From: Minisyncoccota bacterium
GTDB taxonomy: Bacteria > Patescibacteriota > Minisyncoccia > JAHISW01 > Tagabacteraceae
Length of the DNA: 64,000 nt
Direction of reading: 5' to 3'
Assembly (NCBI GenBank): GCA_028711505.1
Contig: JAQTSC010000001.1
Coordinates: 168,604-232,603, forward strand
In this document: in pieces, positions 19,940 to 30,384 of the stretch
Position numbering within the stretch: position 1 is the first letter of the stretch
How the letters are laid out: each line of letters opens with the position of its first letter
Program-made: the position numbers and the translations under genes
Notes under the pieces: generated by a model
Database searches by the model: none
Told to the model about the DNA's origin: nothing
The model's input: only the letters and a program-made list of their open reading frames with translations

Positions 19940-20425
19940 ATGGCTTCAAAAACATCCGCCGGGCTTTTGATGTACCGGGTAAAAAACGGGAAAATTGAAT
20001 TCCTTTTAGGACACCCGGGAGGCCCTTTTTTCAAAAACAAAAATAATGGATTTTGGACAATTCCCAAAGGGGAAATAAAAAAAGACGAAGCACCGCTTGA
20101 AACCGCAGAACGAGAATTTGAAGAAGAAACAGGGCTTAAACCCATTAAAGAATTTATCCCGCTTGGAGAGATAATTCAAAAAAACGATAAGAAAGTTTTT
20201 GCCTGGGCTTTTGAATCAACAGACTGGCAAGATGACAACACAATATCTATTCCCCAAACAAATCTCGTTGAAATTGAATGGCCGCCAAAAAGCGGAAAGA
20301 CAATAAAGTTCTCGGAAATTGATAAACTGGAATTTTTTGATTTTGAAAACGCTAAAGAAAAGATAAATCAGGCGCAAATTCCGTTCTTGGAAAATCTTTT
20401 AAAGTACATTGACAAAAACCTATAA
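19940..20425 (+). CDS. NUDIX hydrolase
   Basis: HPGGPF, WTIPKGE, REFEEETG and EWPPKSG motifs. Confidence 0.92.
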   Translation: MASKTSAGLLMYRVKNGKIEFLLGHPGGPFFKNKNNGFWTIPKGEIKKDEAPLETAEREFEEETGLKPIKEFIPLGEIIQKNDKKVFAWAFESTDWQDDNTISIPQTNLVEIEWPPKSGKTIKFSEIDKLEFFDFENAKEKINQAQIPFLENLLKYIDKNL

Positions 20426-20485
20426 AAATGCTATAAAAGATATATTAAGGTTTTAAAAAGTGTGAAAGGAAGGAGGTGAAGGTAG

Positions 20486-20689
20486 GTGAAAAAAAGATTT
20501 CAACAAACACCGGAAAATTGGAAACGGTTTAAAGGCTACGGCAGGTATGGTCAAGGAAGCTGGGAAGAGTTGGAAGTTCAAGCGGCAGACAGAGAGCACG
20601 CCGCAACACAAATCTCTTTCAAGTTTAGAGAAATCCACCGTCTAACCCGAACCGCTTTCGTTCAAACATCCAATATCCACCCCGCATAA
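20486..20689 (+). CDS. Small orphan protein in its own transcription unit
   Basis: TTGACA-17-TATAAA (20409-20437), GGAGGTG RBS, downstream GCCCCGC/GCGGGGC hairpin. Confidence 0.6.
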   Translation: MKKRFQQTPENWKRFKGYGRYGQGSWEELEVQAADREHAATQISFKFREIHRLTRTAFVQTSNIHPA

Positions 20690-20740
20690 CTCTCCCCTTT
20701 CTAAAAGCCCCGCTATAAAAAGCGGGGCAGGTTTTTTGTT

Positions 20741-21982
20741 TTATTCGTATCTAAGCGCTTCAATCGGGCTTTTACGCGAGGCCTGCCGCGCCGGATAAAG
20801 CCCGAAAATCAGTCCGACAAAAGCCGAGACTCCTATTCCCAAAAGCGCGGCTGAAAACGGAAAAGTAAATCCCCAATCAATAGCAAGCGCCTGCGTCAGA
20901 ATTAAAGACGCCAGAAAAGAAAAGGCGGCCCCAAGAAAAATTCCGATAAGTCCGCCCATGGCGGTGAGCAAAATCGCTTCAAGTAGAAATTGGCTTAAAA
21001 TATCTTTTTCGGTCGCTCCAAGCGCTTTGCGAAGCCCTATTTCCCGAGTGCGTTCGGTAACAGAAACAAGCATTATATTCATAATTCCAATTCCGCCAAC
21101 GACAAGCGAAATGGCCGCTACCGCCGCCAAAAACAGCGTAAGAATATTCATAATGGTTCCGACCATCTCCATCGCTTGCGCCTGAGTTTCCAAAAAGAAA
21201 TCGTCTTTGTCAGGGTCGGTGATATTATGGTTATTACGCAGAGTAATTTTTATATCCTCAACAGTCCTATCGACATTTTCTTCGCTGTCGGCCTCCACCA
21301 CGATACGATTATAATATTTGATGCTGAAGATATATTGCTGAGCGGTAGTGTATGGCGTGATAGCCGAATCATCAAAACTGATGAAAGAAAACTGCCCTTT
21401 TTCCGGCAGCACGCCGACAATACGAAGCCCTCGATTTTTTATTTTTATCTTCTGCCCGAGCGCTTCTTCGTTTGGCTCAAAAAGTTCATTTCTAAGTTTT
21501 GAACCGATAATAACAACTTCCGCTTTGGACATTATTTCTTCATCGGTAAAAAGCCTGCCTTCTTCGGGATAGATATCATAAATTTCCGCGAAAAAATTGT
21601 TAACGCCGAAAACAGTAGTCTGATGAATTTTATTTTCCCGCGTTGCCGCTTCGGAACCGAAAACTATAGGCATTACGCGCATCAAATGCGGCACATTGAT
21701 TTTTTTTTGCAAATCTTCCAAATCCTTATTTTTCAAAGAATCGGTAAAGGTGGAAAGAGAATCCGCAATGCCGGTAGGCTGCCGGCCTGGAGCTATAGCG
21801 ATAGTTTTCGAACCCATGCTCTGAATTTGACCAAGAATAAGATTTTGCGCTCCCTGCCCCAGAGAAACAATAAGAATAATCGCCGTAACCCCTATCACTA
21901 TTCCTAAAATAGTAAGAGACGAACGCGACTTGTTCGTTTTAAGTCCCCTAACCGCGGTTCTAAAACTATATTTAAAAGTCAT
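20741..21982 (-). CDS. MacB/FtsX-family ABC transporter permease
   Basis: LTILGIVIG, GGIGIMNIMLVSVTERTREIGLRKALGA and PIEALRYE motifs. Confidence 0.95.
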   Translation of the reverse strand: MTFKYSFRTAVRGLKTNKSRSSLTILGIVIGVTAIILIVSLGQGAQNLILGQIQSMGSKTIAIAPGRQPTGIADSLSTFTDSLKNKDLEDLQKKINVPHLMRVMPIVFGSEAATRENKIHQTTVFGVNNFFAEIYDIYPEEGRLFTDEEIMSKAEVVIIGSKLRNELFEPNEEALGQKIKIKNRGLRIVGVLPEKGQFSFISFDDSAITPYTTAQQYIFSIKYYNRIVVEADSEENVDRTVEDIKITLRNNHNITDPDKDDFFLETQAQAMEMVGTIMNILTLFLAAVAAISLVVGGIGIMNIMLVSVTERTREIGLRKALGATEKDILSQFLLEAILLTAMGGLIGIFLGAAFSFLASLILTQALAIDWGFTFPFSAALLGIGVSAFVGLIFGLYPARQASRKSPIEALRYE

Positions 21983-21994
21983 GGCTTTCTTGTT

Positions 21995-22714
21995 TTACTT
22001 CTCAAACATATGCCTCGATTTGCGGCGGTCTCCGACTTTTTCATCACTCTCGATTTTTCCGTCTTTCAAACGGATAATTCTTTGCGCGTGTTCGGCTGTG
22101 TAAGTTTCGTGAGTTATAAGAATAACAGTATGCCCTTTTTCTTCGTTCAACCGCTGGATTGTTTCCATAACCATCTGCCCCGATTTGGAATCGAGATTTC
22201 CGGTAGGTTCATCGGCAAAAATTATCTGCGGAGAATTCACCAAAGCGCGCGCTATCGCCACGCGCTGTTTTTCGCCTCCGGAAAGCTGATAGGGTTCATG
22301 GTTTATCCGATGAGACATCCCGACAATATCTATGGCGGCTTTCGCCATTTCATCCCAGAGAGATTCTTTTATCCCCGAATAAAGGAGTGGCAATTTTACG
22401 TTTTCCAAAACCGTAGTTTTTGGAAGAAGATTAAACGCCTGGAAAACAAAACCCATCTTTTTGTTTCTTACGCGCGCTATTTCTTCCTTTGAATAATCGT
22501 CTATGGTTCTTCCGTCAAAACGATACTCGCCGGACGTATAGAAATCCAGAAAACCGAGCATGTGAAGAAGAGTTGATTTTCCGGAACCGGACGGGCCCAT
22601 CACCGCCACAAATTCTCCCTGTTCGATATTAAAAGAAATGCCATCCAAAGCCGGCAGGTCAGAACCGTCCGAAGTGTATCTTTTGACTAAATTTTTTGTT
22701 TCTATAAGAGACAT
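21995..22714 (-). CDS. ABC transporter ATP-binding protein (MacB/LolD-like)
   Basis: [24 protein letters not shown] and ADEPTGNLD motifs. Confidence 0.95.
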   Translation of the reverse strand: MSLIETKNLVKRYTSDGSDLPALDGISFNIEQGEFVAVMGPSGSGKSTLLHMLGFLDFYTSGEYRFDGRTIDDYSKEEIARVRNKKMGFVFQAFNLLPKTTVLENVKLPLLYSGIKESLWDEMAKAAIDIVGMSHRINHEPYQLSGGEKQRVAIARALVNSPQIIFADEPTGNLDSKSGQMVMETIQRLNEEKGHTVILITHETYTAEHAQRIIRLKDGKIESDEKVGDRRKSRHMFEK

Positions 22715-22755
22715 AAAATTGCAGAAAAAAATCCTTCGCAAAAAGGCCGCGTTTT

Positions 22756-24318
22756 TTATTTCTTCACGGAAATCATCACCTTATCGCCTTCGCTTATGCC
22801 GTTTGTTATTTCAATATTACCGTCAGAACCCCTTAGCCCGATCTCAACTTTAATCTCCTTGTAAGTTTTTCCGTCCGGTTCAATAACCTTTACGAATTTA
22901 TCCCCGTTTGACGATATGACCGCGCGAAAAGGAATTGAAATCACGTTCTCTTTTTTGTCGGCCAAAATATCCAAATTCGCGGTCATGCCCGATTTAATCC
23001 TGTCGTCTTTTTTAATGAATTGAAAAGTCGTCTTGTATGTTGAAACTCCTTCGATAACAGTTTCGGCAGGGTCTATTTTTGTAAGCCTCGCTTCAAAAAA
23101 AACGCTTTCTCCGTACGCGTCAAGCGTCACTTTCGTGAAATCTCCTATTTGAAGTTTAGAGATATCGGCTTCGGCAATATTCGCTTCTATTTCAAAATCG
23201 GACTCGGAAATCATTGAAACAACGGAAGTATTCGCTATCGCGGTTTCGCCGACCTTGGCGTCTTGCTTCGTAATTACTCCCGCTATGGGCGCCCAAATGA
23301 CATTTTTAGAAATTTGCGCTTTTATTTTATCAACAGCCGCTTCGGCTTCTTTCACGCTGGCTTTTTTCGCTTCAATTTCTTCCGAAGAACTGCCTGCGAG
23401 TTCCAAATCCAGTTGTTTTTCCGCCAGGTCTAAGGCTGATTGCTCCGTACGAAAACCTTCCACTGCCGTGGAAAGATTTGAAATCGCCGTATTGACATTT
23501 GTTCTTGCGGCGGAAACATCTGTTTTCCACCCGTCTATCGTAGTTTGAGAAAGCGAAGTATTCGGAGTAAGAGAATTTACAACAGAAGCCGCTTTTCCCA
23601 GAAAATCGCTTATTTGGTTTAAATTGTTTTGGGCAACATTCGCTTTTGAAAGCAGTTCTTCGGAAGAAAGTCCGCTTAAAACCCAGGAATTCCAATTGAC
23701 TAAAAGCACTTCAACGCTTCTTCTTCCAAATTCAACCGCTATTTCAGTCGTTGAATCCGACGGGCTGAATCTAAGCTGAGGGCTTACGCTTCTCGGATTA
23801 TCAAAAAACTGGTCGGCCTTGCCGCGAACCGCGTCGTCGGACTTGGTGTAAGCATCTTCTATCTTGTCCAAAAGAGTGCGTTTCGCGTCATCCAAAGCGA
23901 CTCCTGCGTTCGCCACTTTTACTCTTTGTATTTCTATCTCTTCGGGTCGGGAACCCCTTTCAAGTTCAGCCAGCTGAATTTTCGCTGATTCAAGAGACGC
24001 TTCCTTGCTCCTCAAGTCGGCGGAAAGTTCCGAAGTGTCCAAAGACGCTATGGATTGTCCCGAAAAAACCTTATCGCCAACATCGACATAAACCGCCACA
24101 ATTCTTCCGCTGGATTGAAAAGCCAAATCAACGCTTTGCGCCGGTTCGACTTTTCCGGTAACGCTCACTTCCAAAACAACATCCGTCTTCTTCGCCTCGG
24201 CAAAATCAAAAGCGGTTTCCCCCCCTCTCAAAAAGAAAAACCAAATTCCCGCAGCCACCAGGACGGCAAGAATTGAAAACAAAAAAATATACTTATGCTT
24301 TTTAAAAATTGAAGTCAT
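22756..24318 (-). CDS. Efflux membrane-fusion (adaptor) protein with long coiled coil
   Basis: N-terminal TM helix, lipoyl half-motifs VDVGDKV and APIAG, IKSGMTA. Confidence 0.9.
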   Translation of the reverse strand: MTSIFKKHKYIFLFSILAVLVAAGIWFFFLRGGETAFDFAEAKKTDVVLEVSVTGKVEPAQSVDLAFQSSGRIVAVYVDVGDKVFSGQSIASLDTSELSADLRSKEASLESAKIQLAELERGSRPEEIEIQRVKVANAGVALDDAKRTLLDKIEDAYTKSDDAVRGKADQFFDNPRSVSPQLRFSPSDSTTEIAVEFGRRSVEVLLVNWNSWVLSGLSSEELLSKANVAQNNLNQISDFLGKAASVVNSLTPNTSLSQTTIDGWKTDVSAARTNVNTAISNLSTAVEGFRTEQSALDLAEKQLDLELAGSSSEEIEAKKASVKEAEAAVDKIKAQISKNVIWAPIAGVITKQDAKVGETAIANTSVVSMISESDFEIEANIAEADISKLQIGDFTKVTLDAYGESVFFEARLTKIDPAETVIEGVSTYKTTFQFIKKDDRIKSGMTANLDILADKKENVISIPFRAVISSNGDKFVKVIEPDGKTYKEIKVEIGLRGSDGNIEITNGISEGDKVMISVKK

Positions 24319-24345
24319 AATTTTTTCTAATTTAAAACGAAGAGG

Positions 24346-24558
24346 TTATTTTCCTTTATTCGGCTGGCGGTCGGCTTTTTTGGGCACGACAAAGATGGCG
24401 ATAATATAAGCGGCTATTCCCAGCACGAAACCGGTAAGCGCCGTTATCGCTATCCACGCGAGCCTCAAAACCACCGGGTCAACGTCAAAATACTCGCCAA
24501 GCCCGCCGAAAATTCCGGCAAAAACTTTGTTCTCTCCGCTTCTGTATAACTTTTTCAT
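24346..24558 (-). CDS. pspC: PspC domain protein
   Basis: MKKLYRS...AGIFGGLGEYFDVDP..LRL. Confidence 0.9.
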   Translation of the reverse strand: MKKLYRSGENKVFAGIFGGLGEYFDVDPVVLRLAWIAITALTGFVLGIAAYIIAIFVVPKKADRQPNKGK

Positions 24559-24673
24559 AATGCTATTTATAGCATAAAAAACCCGGAAAGTTAAAGAAGC
24601 TGTTCGGTTGACCCGGTTCCTTCTTTTCTCTAAGATATAAGCCAGAATTTGAAAACAAAATAGCAAAAAGGAG

Positions 24674-25783
24674 GTGATAATCTTGGGCAAAAATAAAAAG
24701 AAAAGACCGAAAAAAACCAAGCTTGAAATGATATTTGAAAAAACGGCGGAAGACGTGAGAATTTTAAGAAAAAATGCCTCAATCGTCATCAATATCGAAA
24801 ACAATGCGGAAAAACCTGTCTTGGTAGAAAATCCAAATGGCCGGCTCAATTTGATAGCCGTTATCGGGCCATCGTCTTTTTTGTGGGAAGGAAAAGAATA
24901 TTGCGTGGATGAAGCCGTTCTTTTGGAAATAGGAGCAGAAAGAGCTCGACCTTACATCCTTTCGAAAGCGAAAAGGGGGAAACTGAAAACAAAAAGCCTT
25001 CACGGCAGAAACAAAAGATTTTTTCTTTCAGAATCTCAATATAAAATAGCGGCGCCGGTTTTATTTGACTGCATCGCAAAAAAAGCGACGGAGAAATGTT
25101 CGACCAGAATGAGGGCTGGCTGGAAGATTCATGAAAAAAACACCAGATGGAACAAATTCCGTAAAAATTTTGAAATAAAAGACAAGACAAAATGGCGGCC
25201 AAACGGTTCAAGATTCTCAGTATCGAAGAAAGACAGCTTGGTTCTTGGAGATATTTTTTGGGCGGAATTGAATTTAAACTCCGCCACAAAACGCCAAGTA
25301 GACGGCATTGCAAACGCTATCGGCATGGTAATAGTGGGCTGGACAGAGAAGAGAGGAAAAGATTTTAAAAAATTTCTCAAAAGCCAAAACGGAGACGAAA
25401 TTAAATGGAGCATCAAAAGATTGCCTCTGTATCTTGAAAAAATCGCCATGAAAAGATGTATTGAAATAAATCCCAAAAGCCGCTTTGTCTGCGATTTCTG
25501 CGAACTCTTGGGAATAAATTTGGAATCCAAAACCGACGAAGAAATTTTAGCGGAAAAAGCCGAGGAAATCGGAAATCCCTTGGGCAGAATAGGCAATATG
25601 GTATTAAAAACCAGCCCGCGCATCGCGGCAAAACGCAAAACTCAACCAAGATATCCCAAAAGATACGTGGTAATAGAAGTTTATCCTCCCGAGATTTTGG
25701 AAAAAGAAGAAGAAGAAACAAACTGGATAAATCCGAAATACCTGGACCAAACGGCATTTATTGAAGACATTATCCCGTTTTAA
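24674..25783 (+). CDS. Lys-rich hypothetical protein (start codon uncertain)
   Basis: 369 aa ORF with promoter-like TTGACC...TAAGAT upstream and a terminator hairpin at ~25783-25823. Confidence 0.65.
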   Translation: MIILGKNKKKRPKKTKLEMIFEKTAEDVRILRKNASIVINIENNAEKPVLVENPNGRLNLIAVIGPSSFLWEGKEYCVDEAVLLEIGAERARPYILSKAKRGKLKTKSLHGRNKRFFLSESQYKIAAPVLFDCIAKKATEKCSTRMRAGWKIHEKNTRWNKFRKNFEIKDKTKWRPNGSRFSVSKKDSLVLGDIFWAELNLNSATKRQVDGIANAIGMVIVGWTEKRGKDFKKFLKSQNGDEIKWSIKRLPLYLEKIAMKRCIEINPKSRFVCDFCELLGINLESKTDEEILAEKAEEIGNPLGRIGNMVLKTSPRIAAKRKTQPRYPKRYVVIEVYPPEILEKEEEETNWINPKYLDQTAFIEDIIPF

Positions 25784-25900
25784 AAAGCGCCGAAATGCGA
25801 TTGATTACGCATAGCGGCGCTTTATTATTTTCTGGCAACCTAAAAATAAAAGGGCAACATAAAATATTGCCCTTTTTGTGGTGAGATAAAATTAAAATGT

Positions 25901-26248
25901 TTAAATCCGTAAAATTTCTTTATCCCCCAGCGTCACTAAAATATAAAATGTTTTTCCAACACCGAGATCCGCGCTCTCGTCGTCTTTGCCAAAATTAACG
26001 ATCACTTCCGGCAAATATTTCCTGGCAGCTTCCATTCCGTCTTTAACAAGGCAATTGTCGGCTATTAACATATCCACAAGAAAGTCGTAGACGTTAGCGG
26101 CCTCAATCAAATCCATAAGCACCCGTAGTTTTTCTTTCCGGGAAGATTGTTCTTTAAACACCTTCTCAAGCTCTTCTGCTTTCTTCTTAACCTCTTTTTC
26201 CTTCTCTTTCAGCTTTTTTCTATCAGCATCAGCAACAAAAAACTCCAT
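25901..26248 (-). CDS. Hypothetical protein
   Basis: Purine-rich RBS before MEFFV; terminator hairpin downstream. Confidence 0.6.
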   Translation of the reverse strand: MEFFVADADRKKLKEKEKEVKKKAEELEKVFKEQSSRKEKLRVLMDLIEAANVYDFLVDMLIADNCLVKDGMEAARKYLPEVIVNFGKDDESADLGVGKTFYILVTLGDKEILRI

Positions 26249-26437
26249 CCTCTTTTTCCCCCTTCTTTTTTTAATGAGCAATTCTATATTTTAGAGATAG
26301 CACATATTTATCTTTTTGTAAAGAGCAAGATTTAGCAAAACGAAAGCCCGCCTCCATAAAACGAAGACGGGCCGTCATTTGGGACTTGGCAAAGGGTCAT
26401 CCCCTAAGACCGATCCGATTGAGTTAGCCATTGGAAT

Positions 26438-26728
26438 TTACACAATTTCCAACTCAGAAAAACTCTTTTGGTCTTTTTCATTCCTCTCTTCCTCTTTTTG
26501 GAAATAATACGTTCCCAAAACAGTGCCTACCGCGCAACCAAAAGCATAAACTACGGCAATCAGCCAATTATCAATGTCGTCCACAAAACGCTGAAGCACA
26601 TAATACCATATGAGGACGTTAACCATTGTAATTGCCCCGCTTGCCATAACCTTTGTTCTCGTGACAACTTTAGTCCAAGCGGTCACAATAAGCATTTCAA
26701 TAATGCCGACAAAAAATAAGAAGAACAT
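26438..26728 (-). CDS. Small membrane protein (DUF5698-like)
   Basis: Three TM segments; YAFGCAVGTVLG motif. Confidence 0.65.
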   Translation of the reverse strand: MFFLFFVGIIEMLIVTAWTKVVTRTKVMASGAITMVNVLIWYYVLQRFVDDIDNWLIAVVYAFGCAVGTVLGTYYFQKEEERNEKDQKSFSELEIV

Positions 26729-26867
26729 AGTGTGTTTTTCTGAAGTTTACGCTAGTAATTTTTTAACGACCAATGAAAAAATATTCCCTCAGCGGGAATA
26801 CTTTTCACTACGAAATTATTATACTCTAAAAAAGCTTTTTTTACAACCCCCCGCAATATTTCATAAT

Positions 26868-27269
26868 TCACTTCCCTTCTTCGGAAAAAACGCGATAAGG
26901 ATACCTTTTTGAGAGCAAATTGTAAAAATAAGGCCTCGAGATAAAGGAAAACCCCACAATGGTCATCGCGAAAAAAACCGCGATTTTTACCCCGACGGAC
27001 ATGTTCAAAACAAACACGAAAAAAGACGAAAAAAACATTATGATTCCGCCGGTCGGCTCGTTCTTCCACGCGACGAAAAGAAGTATCGTAAAAACATACG
27101 CGGGGAAAAGACGCATAACAAGCAGCGTTATTATCGCCCAGACAGAAGGGTCGTCATCATAAATTCCCAAAGCGGAAATCCACAAAAAGCAAAGGAAAGC
27201 TATTCCTAAAGATCTGGGTGTCCAGTATGAAATTTTTTCCATCTTATCCCTATCCATATTCATTTGCAT
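26868..27269 (-). CDS. Hypothetical membrane protein
   Basis: WTPRSLGI...AWK.E..GG four-TM pattern. Confidence 0.65.
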   Translation of the reverse strand: MQMNMDRDKMEKISYWTPRSLGIAFLCFLWISALGIYDDDPSVWAIITLLVMRLFPAYVFTILLFVAWKNEPTGGIIMFFSSFFVFVLNMSVGVKIAVFFAMTIVGFSFISRPYFYNLLSKRYPYRVFSEEGK

Positions 27270-27347
27270 AAAATTTTATTTCAAAAAAGCCTTACGGCAA
27301 AAACACAAACTGTCGGCAAGAACAAAAACAAAAGTGCAAATTCTCCG

Positions 27348-27740
27348 CTAAAACTCGTCTCCGAATTTCTTCTCTTCAAGCTCTGAAATTTCTCTTTCGC
27401 CAAAGCCCAGATGATGACCCACTTCGTGCCAAACCACTTCAAAAACCAGCTTTCTTATTTTTTTTGAATCGGTCCTCCCCGCCAGCTCTTCAATCGGCTT
27501 TTGGAAAATAGTGATCTTATCGGGCATCACGCCGAAATATCCGGATCCGCGGGCGCTCTTTGGAACGCCTTCATAAAGCCCCAAAATATCGTCATCAACA
27601 AAAATTTCCGTCTCGCCGAAATTCTTTTTGCGCGCTTCTTCCTCAACGACAAAAACAAGGTTCTCCAAAGACGCTTTTGCTTTCCCCGGCAAGGCGTTCA
27701 CCGCTTCTGCCACTATTTTTTCAAATTCTTTTGTATTCAC
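27348..27740 (-). CDS. Zincin-like metallopeptidase (DUF1025)
   Basis: LGLYEG, PDKITIF and HEVGHHLG motifs. Confidence 0.9.
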   Translation of the reverse strand: MNTKEFEKIVAEAVNALPGKAKASLENLVFVVEEEARKKNFGETEIFVDDDILGLYEGVPKSARGSGYFGVMPDKITIFQKPIEELAGRTDSKKIRKLVFEVVWHEVGHHLGFGEREISELEEKKFGDEF

Positions 27741-27750
27741 TTCCGTACTG

Positions 27751-28770
27751 TTATTCTACCAAAAAATCGCCGGACAAGCTCCCTCCTGCCAGCTGGCCGC
27801 AAGCGGCGCTTATATCCTCGCCAAAACGGTATCTCTGGGTAACTCCTATTCCTCTTTTCTCCAAAATTTCCCGGAATTTTTTAATCTTAAGAGGAGCGGA
27901 AGGCTTGAAAAATCCGGTCGGATTATAAGAAATCAAATTGACGAAACAAAGGCGCCCCCTCATCAGCTCGGCCAATTTTTCGGCATGCTTTTCACTGTCA
28001 TTTACACCGCTTATCATTACATACTCAAACATCACGCGGCGTCCGGTATTTTTTATATAATCATCAACCGCGGCTAAAATTTTCTTAATCGGATATTTTT
28101 CGTTAATCGGCATCAATTTTAAACGAAGGTCGTCATCGGGAGCATGAAGTGAAATCGCCAAATTTATCTGTAATTTTTCTTTTGCCAAATTTATAATTCC
28201 TTCAACAATACCGGCGGTAGAAATTGAAAAATGCCTGGCGCCCAGATTAAATTCTTCCTTGCCGTTCAAAATCTTTATCGCCCCGATCACATTTTTGTAA
28301 TTCAAAAACGGCTCACCCATACCCATAAAAACTACGCTGGTGATTTTTTCTTTAAATTTCTTCAAATAGCGGGCGAAAAACAAAACCTGGTCTGTAATTT
28401 CATAAATATCCAAATTTCTTTTGAATCCGGTTTTTCCCGTGGCGCAAAAAGAACAATCCAAAACGCAGCCCACTTGAGAAGAAACGCAAACGGTATTTCT
28501 GGCGCCCTTGCCTCTCATTAAAACCGATTCAATTTTCAAGCCGTCTTTTAAGACGAAAAGAGCTTTTATCGCATCCTTGTTTTTGGAAACAATAGTCTTT
28601 CCTGGAGTTTCAATCGGAAACTCTTTGCTTAATTTTTCTCTCAAACCTAACGGCAAAGCCGACGCTTCCCGCCAATCCTGAATTAAATCCTGAAAAATAG
28701 CTTTCCTTGCTTGTTTTAAGCGATACTCTGGTTCTTTGTTAAAAAATTTTTGAAGCCGCGCTAAATCCAT
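27751..28770 (-). CDS. rlmN: Radical-SAM rRNA/tRNA methyltransferase RlmN
   Basis: CVSSQVGC..DCSFCATG, MGMGEP and AACGQL motifs. Confidence 0.95.
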   Translation of the reverse strand: MDLARLQKFFNKEPEYRLKQARKAIFQDLIQDWREASALPLGLREKLSKEFPIETPGKTIVSKNKDAIKALFVLKDGLKIESVLMRGKGARNTVCVSSQVGCVLDCSFCATGKTGFKRNLDIYEITDQVLFFARYLKKFKEKITSVVFMGMGEPFLNYKNVIGAIKILNGKEEFNLGARHFSISTAGIVEGIINLAKEKLQINLAISLHAPDDDLRLKLMPINEKYPIKKILAAVDDYIKNTGRRVMFEYVMISGVNDSEKHAEKLAELMRGRLCFVNLISYNPTGFFKPSAPLKIKKFREILEKRGIGVTQRYRFGEDISAACGQLAGGSLSGDFLVE

Positions 28771-28836
28771 CTTAATATACTAACAAGAAACCGCCCGCTT
28801 TTTAAGCGGGCGGTTTCTTGTTAGTGGCATTGCGTT

Positions 28837-29034
28837 TTAAGCGCGTGACACATTTGTGGCGCTCGGTCCCTTTTCACCGTCTACGACTTCAAAAGTAACT
28901 GCATCGCCGACTTTGAGTTCGTCATATGCAACTCCTTTGAGCTCATTTGAGTGAAAGAAAAGATCCTTTGCTTCGCCTTCGCGCGCGATGAATCCGAATC
29001 CTTTGGGCGTGAGCGTTTTGATAGTTCCGTTCAT
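28837..29034 (-). CDS. Cold-shock protein
   Basis: KGFGFI, DLFFH and KGPSATNV motifs. Confidence 0.95.
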   Translation of the reverse strand: MNGTIKTLTPKGFGFIAREGEAKDLFFHSNELKGVAYDELKVGDAVTFEVVDGEKGPSATNVSRA

Positions 29035-29135
29035 TTAATTATTCAAGTTATTTTTTATACAGAAATCCGACCTCGTCTCTATAGTGTTTTAATAATATCA
29101 AAATAATATAATTTTGTCAACTTTAACCTTGGTCT

Positions 29136-30110
29136 TTATAACTTTTTTGTTTTGGCTGCTTGCAAATCATTAAGTATTTTTTTCACAAACTCAATGCTGT
29201 CCAATTCAAAAATGGATATGGCCGTTATTTTTTTATTCAATTTTTTAATCTTCTTTATAGTCTCATTAACAATAGTCGGCGAAACCGCGTCTTTCTTGCT
29301 TATAAAAACATACTCCGGTTTTTCGAGAAGCGGTTTATTGTACGCCCCAAGCTCATGGCGTACTGTCTTATAATCGGAAACAGGGTCGGCGGAATCCGCG
29401 GCGATAAAATGAAACAACGTATTCGTGCGTTCCACGTGCCGCAAAAATTTAATGCCCAGTCCTTTTCCGCCAGACGCGCCCTCAATGAGCCCCGGAATGT
29501 CGGCAAGTATCAAATCAAAATAAGTACCTAAATTCGGCTCCAAAGTGGTAAATGGATAATTCGCCACTTTGCTTTTCGCGTTAGTAAGCTCGTTAAGTAA
29601 GCTTGATTTTCCGACATTAGGCAGCCCGATAAACCCCACGTCGGCGATCAGTTTTAATTCAAAACGAATTTTAAACGCTTCTCCCGGCGTTCCGTATTGA
29701 AATTCTTTTGGCGTCGTATTGGTGGAAGAACGAAAATGAAAATTCCCTTTTCCCCCGCGGCCGGCGCGGGCAATTGCCTCCCTTTGCCCGATTTTAGTTA
29801 TCTCAATATCTTTGCCGGTACTTAAATTATGAATTACGGTCCCCGTTGGAACGAATAAAATCAACTCATCGGAATCGGCGCCATCACGAAACTGAGAATG
29901 GCCGTCTTCCCCGTTTTTAGCGTTAATTTCTTTTTTAAAGCGAAATTGATTCAGCGCGCTCAAATCAGAAACCCCTTCGGCAAAAACGCTTCCGCCCCTG
30001 CCTCCGCTTCCGCCAGCCGGCCCAAAAGACATAACATTTTTATTAAAAGAGACAGCGCCCTTTCCTCCATTTCCCGCGCGTACTTTAATTGTCACATCAT
30101 CAATCAGCAT
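29136..30110 (-). CDS. obgE: Obg family GTPase (no C-terminal extension)
   Basis: Gly-rich Obg fold, GLPNVGKS, YPFTTL and DIPGLIEGA motifs. Confidence 0.95.
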   Translation of the reverse strand: MLIDDVTIKVRAGNGGKGAVSFNKNVMSFGPAGGSGGRGGSVFAEGVSDLSALNQFRFKKEINAKNGEDGHSQFRDGADSDELILFVPTGTVIHNLSTGKDIEITKIGQREAIARAGRGGKGNFHFRSSTNTTPKEFQYGTPGEAFKIRFELKLIADVGFIGLPNVGKSSLLNELTNAKSKVANYPFTTLEPNLGTYFDLILADIPGLIEGASGGKGLGIKFLRHVERTNTLFHFIAADSADPVSDYKTVRHELGAYNKPLLEKPEYVFISKKDAVSPTIVNETIKKIKKLNKKITAISIFELDSIEFVKKILNDLQAAKTKKL

Positions 30111-30384
30111 AATATATATATAACAAGAAAAAGGCCTTTAAAAAACCAATAATTCACGGTCCGATAATCTTAACAGCCTCAATAAAAAATCTTGCTGGAT
30201 TTGTCAGAAAAATTACTGGCTTTTTAAAAGCCTTCAAAAATAGCTAAGAGAACGTATAGAACAAGAGAAATTATCTTAGTATTTGAAGTATATCATATCT
30301 GATTTGTCTTGTCAAACAGAAAACTTTTGTATATGATATAGAAACACGACAGCCGGAAGGACCGGATATTTTTATAAAATTATT

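Noticed and set aside
19915-20145. N-terminal extensions in the ORF track (DUF763, PspC, SRPBCC, fmt, GerMN)
   Set aside because: They overlap divergent genes or junction sequence; downstream ATGs match family starts
26345-26432. GGCAAAG-containing intergenic stretch as a c-di-GMP riboswitch, or an 18-aa ORF
   Set aside because: Lacks the riboswitch stems; best explained as a 3' UTR and terminator
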